Of a stretch of DNA of 64,000 nucleotides, positions 60,807-64,000 are shown one piece after another. The stretch is from Azolla caroliniana. Its lineage: Eukaryota; Plantae; Polypodiophyta. Under the pieces are notes generated by a model that worked only from the letters and a program-made list of their open reading frames with translations, had not been told where the DNA came from and made no database searches. The translations under genes and the position numbers were made by a program. The stretch covers positions 22,320,001 through 22,384,000 of the forward strand of contig JBHGNT010000005.1 of NCBI GenBank assembly GCA_043228905.1, read 5' to 3'. How positions within the stretch are numbered: the first letter of the stretch is position 1; every line of letters begins with the position of its first letter.

Positions 60807-63800
60807 TGAAAACGTGAGTGTTTGCGGAAGCGTAAAACAGAGAACAACACACACAGAGAGACAAAGAGACAGAGAGAGACAGAGAGAGCAGAACGTAATT
60901 TCAAAATTATTTTCAGACTCTGTATACACACTGTGCTAAGTAGCACTATTTATACAAGTCCTCTTGGGACTGACAGAAGTACCATGTACTTCAATGTTCA
61001 CACGAGCATCTGACACTTACTACGAGACTATAGCTACCTAGTAGTCTATCCTATACTAGGCTTCCGATTGGACTTCCGGTTACGGATTGCACCCGGCCTC
61101 CACTGCTTGCCAGTTCGGTTGCTAACCGTCATACCGATCCGTTTCGCCCGATCCGTCTCGCTTACCGGCTCCGGCTTATTCAGCCGATTCGGCTCCGGTT
61201 GAGCTTGCCACTCAACACTCCCCCTCAAGCTCAACCTGAGGTGGGGTCGTAGTGTCGACCTCTGTGGCAGTCGGTTCTTCCAACCGACTTCTCCTGGCGT
61301 CACTCCGCCTTGCTCGCGCTCCTCGTCCGGTCCGGTCCCATTTGCCGTGACCCCTTTGGTTCTGCACGCCTCGACCCTCTCGGTCGGCATGTCTGCTCAA
61401 TAGGCCCATCTTAGCACTCACGTTGTTGTGACTCCTGCGCTTGCCGATCCGTCGGTTCTCCCACGATGGCATCGACTTCCGCTGTGTCCGTGTCCCCTTG
61501 TCCTTCAGTCGATCCGACTCATCCGGATCCATCTGTTGATCCGAGTCAGCTGTCTCCGACTCGTTCCAGCTCTTGTCTGAATCGGTACACTCCGATTCGA
61601 CTTCCGGCTTCAGGCCTCTCACCACATCGGACCACTTCCGAGTCTTGGCCTTCTCCATGCTTCTCTCGGCTTCTTCAGCCGGTGAATCAAAATCGAATTC
61701 TTCATTCGACTCCACATCATGGTCAGTACCGTCGTGATGACCTCCGCACAGCATGCACTTCTCTTCCTGAGTGCACAACTCTTCTTCACAGTTGCTTGCT
61801 CCGACCTGTTTGGATGTGTCGACTTCCTTCGTCGACTCGGCTTCCTTCATCTTCTTGTCTCCTCTTCTTCCGGCTCTCCTCTTACCGACGGGTTCAACAG
61901 TTTTTTGGCCTTTGCCCGTTTCAGTAGAGACTTTGCCCTTGCTTCTCCCCCTCAAGTGCGGCACGTCGAGATGTTGAATACCAAGCATGTCGGTAAAGTG
62001 CTGCAACTTGTCCGATCCGAGCGGCTTGGTGAAGATGTCGGCAACTTGCCGATCCGTATGAACATACCGTAGGTCAACTTCACCGCTCAGGACCCGCTCA
62101 CGCACGAAGTGGTAGTGCACCTCGATGTGCTTTGTGCGAGCATGGAACACAGGGTTCCTAGCGAGCTGCAGGTTGCTCATGGTATCGCAGTAAATCGGGA
62201 TCGGGGTCGGTACCTCGATCCGCAAGTCTCGCAGCAGTCGTCGAAGCCAGATGGCTTCACAAGTGGCAACGGTAGCGGCCCGGTACTCAGCCTCAGTGCT
62301 TGACAAAGCCACTGTGGGTTGCTTCTTGCTGCTCCACGCAACGGCCGCGCTACCTATGGAGAACATGTATCCGAAAGTGGAGCGGCGATCAGACGCATCG
62401 TCGGCCCAGTCAGCATCTGTGTAACCGACAAGCTCTTCGGGTATACCTCGCCGGTATAGCAGACCCCGGTCCTTAGTGCCGCTAACATACCGTAATATTC
62501 GTTGCACGCACTGAAGGTGCTCCACGGTCGGCTTCTGCATGAACTGACTTACCATGCCGACCGGATAGCTGATGTCGGGTCGGGTGATGGTTAAGTAGAT
62601 CAAGCTTCCGACAACCTGTCGGAACCGTTTCTCATTGCAGGCCGGTCCGGAGTTGGGACAGAGCTTCTGGTTCCGGTCCAGGGGTGTGGAGACAGGTCGG
62701 CAATACGTCATGCCGAACTTATACAACATATTCAACACGTAATGTCGTTGTGAGAGCAATATGCCATCGGGGGTCCGGATCACTTCGATCCCAAGAAAAT
62801 AATGAAGGTCCCCCAGGTCCTTCATTTCGAATGCGTCCGACAACTGGGACTTGACGCGGTTGATTTCGGGAAGACCCGGTCCGGTGATGACTAAATCATC
62901 CACATACAAGAGTATACATACCGGACCGTCAGAGCTTTGCCGGATGAACAACGAAGAGTCCTACTTAGAGACAGCAAACCCCAGCTTACGCAACCGGTGC
63001 GTGATCTTCGCGTTCCAAGCTCGGGGGGCTTGCTTCAAGCTGTAAAGCGACTTCTTCAGTCGGCATACTGCCGATTTGTTCATCTCCGATTGAAATCCGG
63101 GGGGCTGAGTCATAAAGACTTCTTCTTCAAGCTCTCCTTGAAGGAAGGCGTTCTTCACATCCATCTGGTGAAGATGCCACCCCCTTGCCGCAGCAACCGC
63201 CAGTACCACACGAACCGTCGTCATCTTCGCCACAGGAGCGAAGGTCTCGTCGTAGTCGATGTCGTGGGTCTGCGCGTATCCCTTCGCCACTAACCGGGCT
63301 TTGTACCGGTTAACAAAACCGTCGGCATTGTACTTGATCTTGTACACCCACTTGCATCCGATCGGTTTACAATGACGGGGAGGATCAACTAGGTCCCAAG
63401 TTTCGTTGGCATCGAGTGCCTGCATTTCTTCGTCCATAGCGGCACGCCAATTTGCGTCCTTTGCCGCTTCTACGTAGCTCTCCGGCTCACGCACTTCTGT
63501 CACCTTAGTCATGTACGCATAATGATGCGCCATGTATTCATTGTACCCGTACCGCATGACGGGATCCTTCTGGCGGGTTGATCGGCGCAACGCACCGTCA
63601 CCTTATTTGAGGCCCTTCTTGGCCAGTTCGGTCTTCGTTGCCGAAGATCCACCTTTCTCCTTTCCGGAGTCGGATACGCACCAATCCGACTCATCGTTGC
63701 CGGTTTCGAATTCTGGCATCTTCCTCTTCCCCTTCTCTTTGCGCGTGAATCGTTTCCTCGGTTCCTTGCGCGGGGAGAGCACGGCAGAGTCTCCACCACT

Positions 63801-64000
63801 TGCCGTCTCTTCATCCGACTGGTCCAACCAACTCAGTCGCTCGTTCAGTCCACTCAACCGTAACGATTCCGGACTCTCATCTTGAGTCTCGGCTTCATCA
63901 TCCTCTGCCAGGGCTGATTCATGCTCACTGGCCTGATCTTCCGACATTGGGTCGGGATCGGAAGTCGGAGTCAGTACGGAGTACCAAGATGCCGATTCAT
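60807..64000 (-). mobile_element. Ty1/copia 3' half, related to 22271-28697; runs off the right edge
   Basis: 3' LTR ~60807-61217, PPT GAGCTTGAGGGGGAG, RT ([14 protein letters not shown]) and RNase H (YTDADWA, KHIEVHYHFVRE). In-frame stops are present. Confidence 0.92.

Noticed and set aside
61212-61960. env-like gene in the copia
   Set aside because: Hydrophilic with no signal peptide or TM segment, and in frame with Pol.

Overview
This is eukaryotic land-plant nuclear DNA. The PLS-PPR fragment style, dense CT/CA microsatellites and an RTEX-like LINE suggest a fern or other seed-free plant (inference). The first ~20 kb holds host genes on the minus strand: exon 1 of a POLAR-like gene, a 3-exon ATL RING-H2 E3 ligase, an unidentified and probably disrupted multi-exon gene, and an intronless XEGIP/EDGP/TAXI-type inhibitor. 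That inhibitor has a tandem paralog at 37.6-38.7 kb. The rest is nested transposons whose ends and target-site duplications (TSDs) can mostly be read directly. They include a full copia (22271-28697), a hAT-type MITE, and a MULE (30218-35918) that keeps its transposase core while carrying captured BPS1-like and PPR fragments duplicated as ~570-bp inverted arms. A four-layer nest follows: copia > Sola-like DDD transposon with unusual termini > hAT MITE > near-intact RTEX-like LINE with in-frame ORF1-TGA CGG-ORF2. An L1-like LINE carries an antisense PHT1 phosphate-transporter fragment, and another copia runs off the right edge. All family assignments come from motif recognition only; no searches were run.
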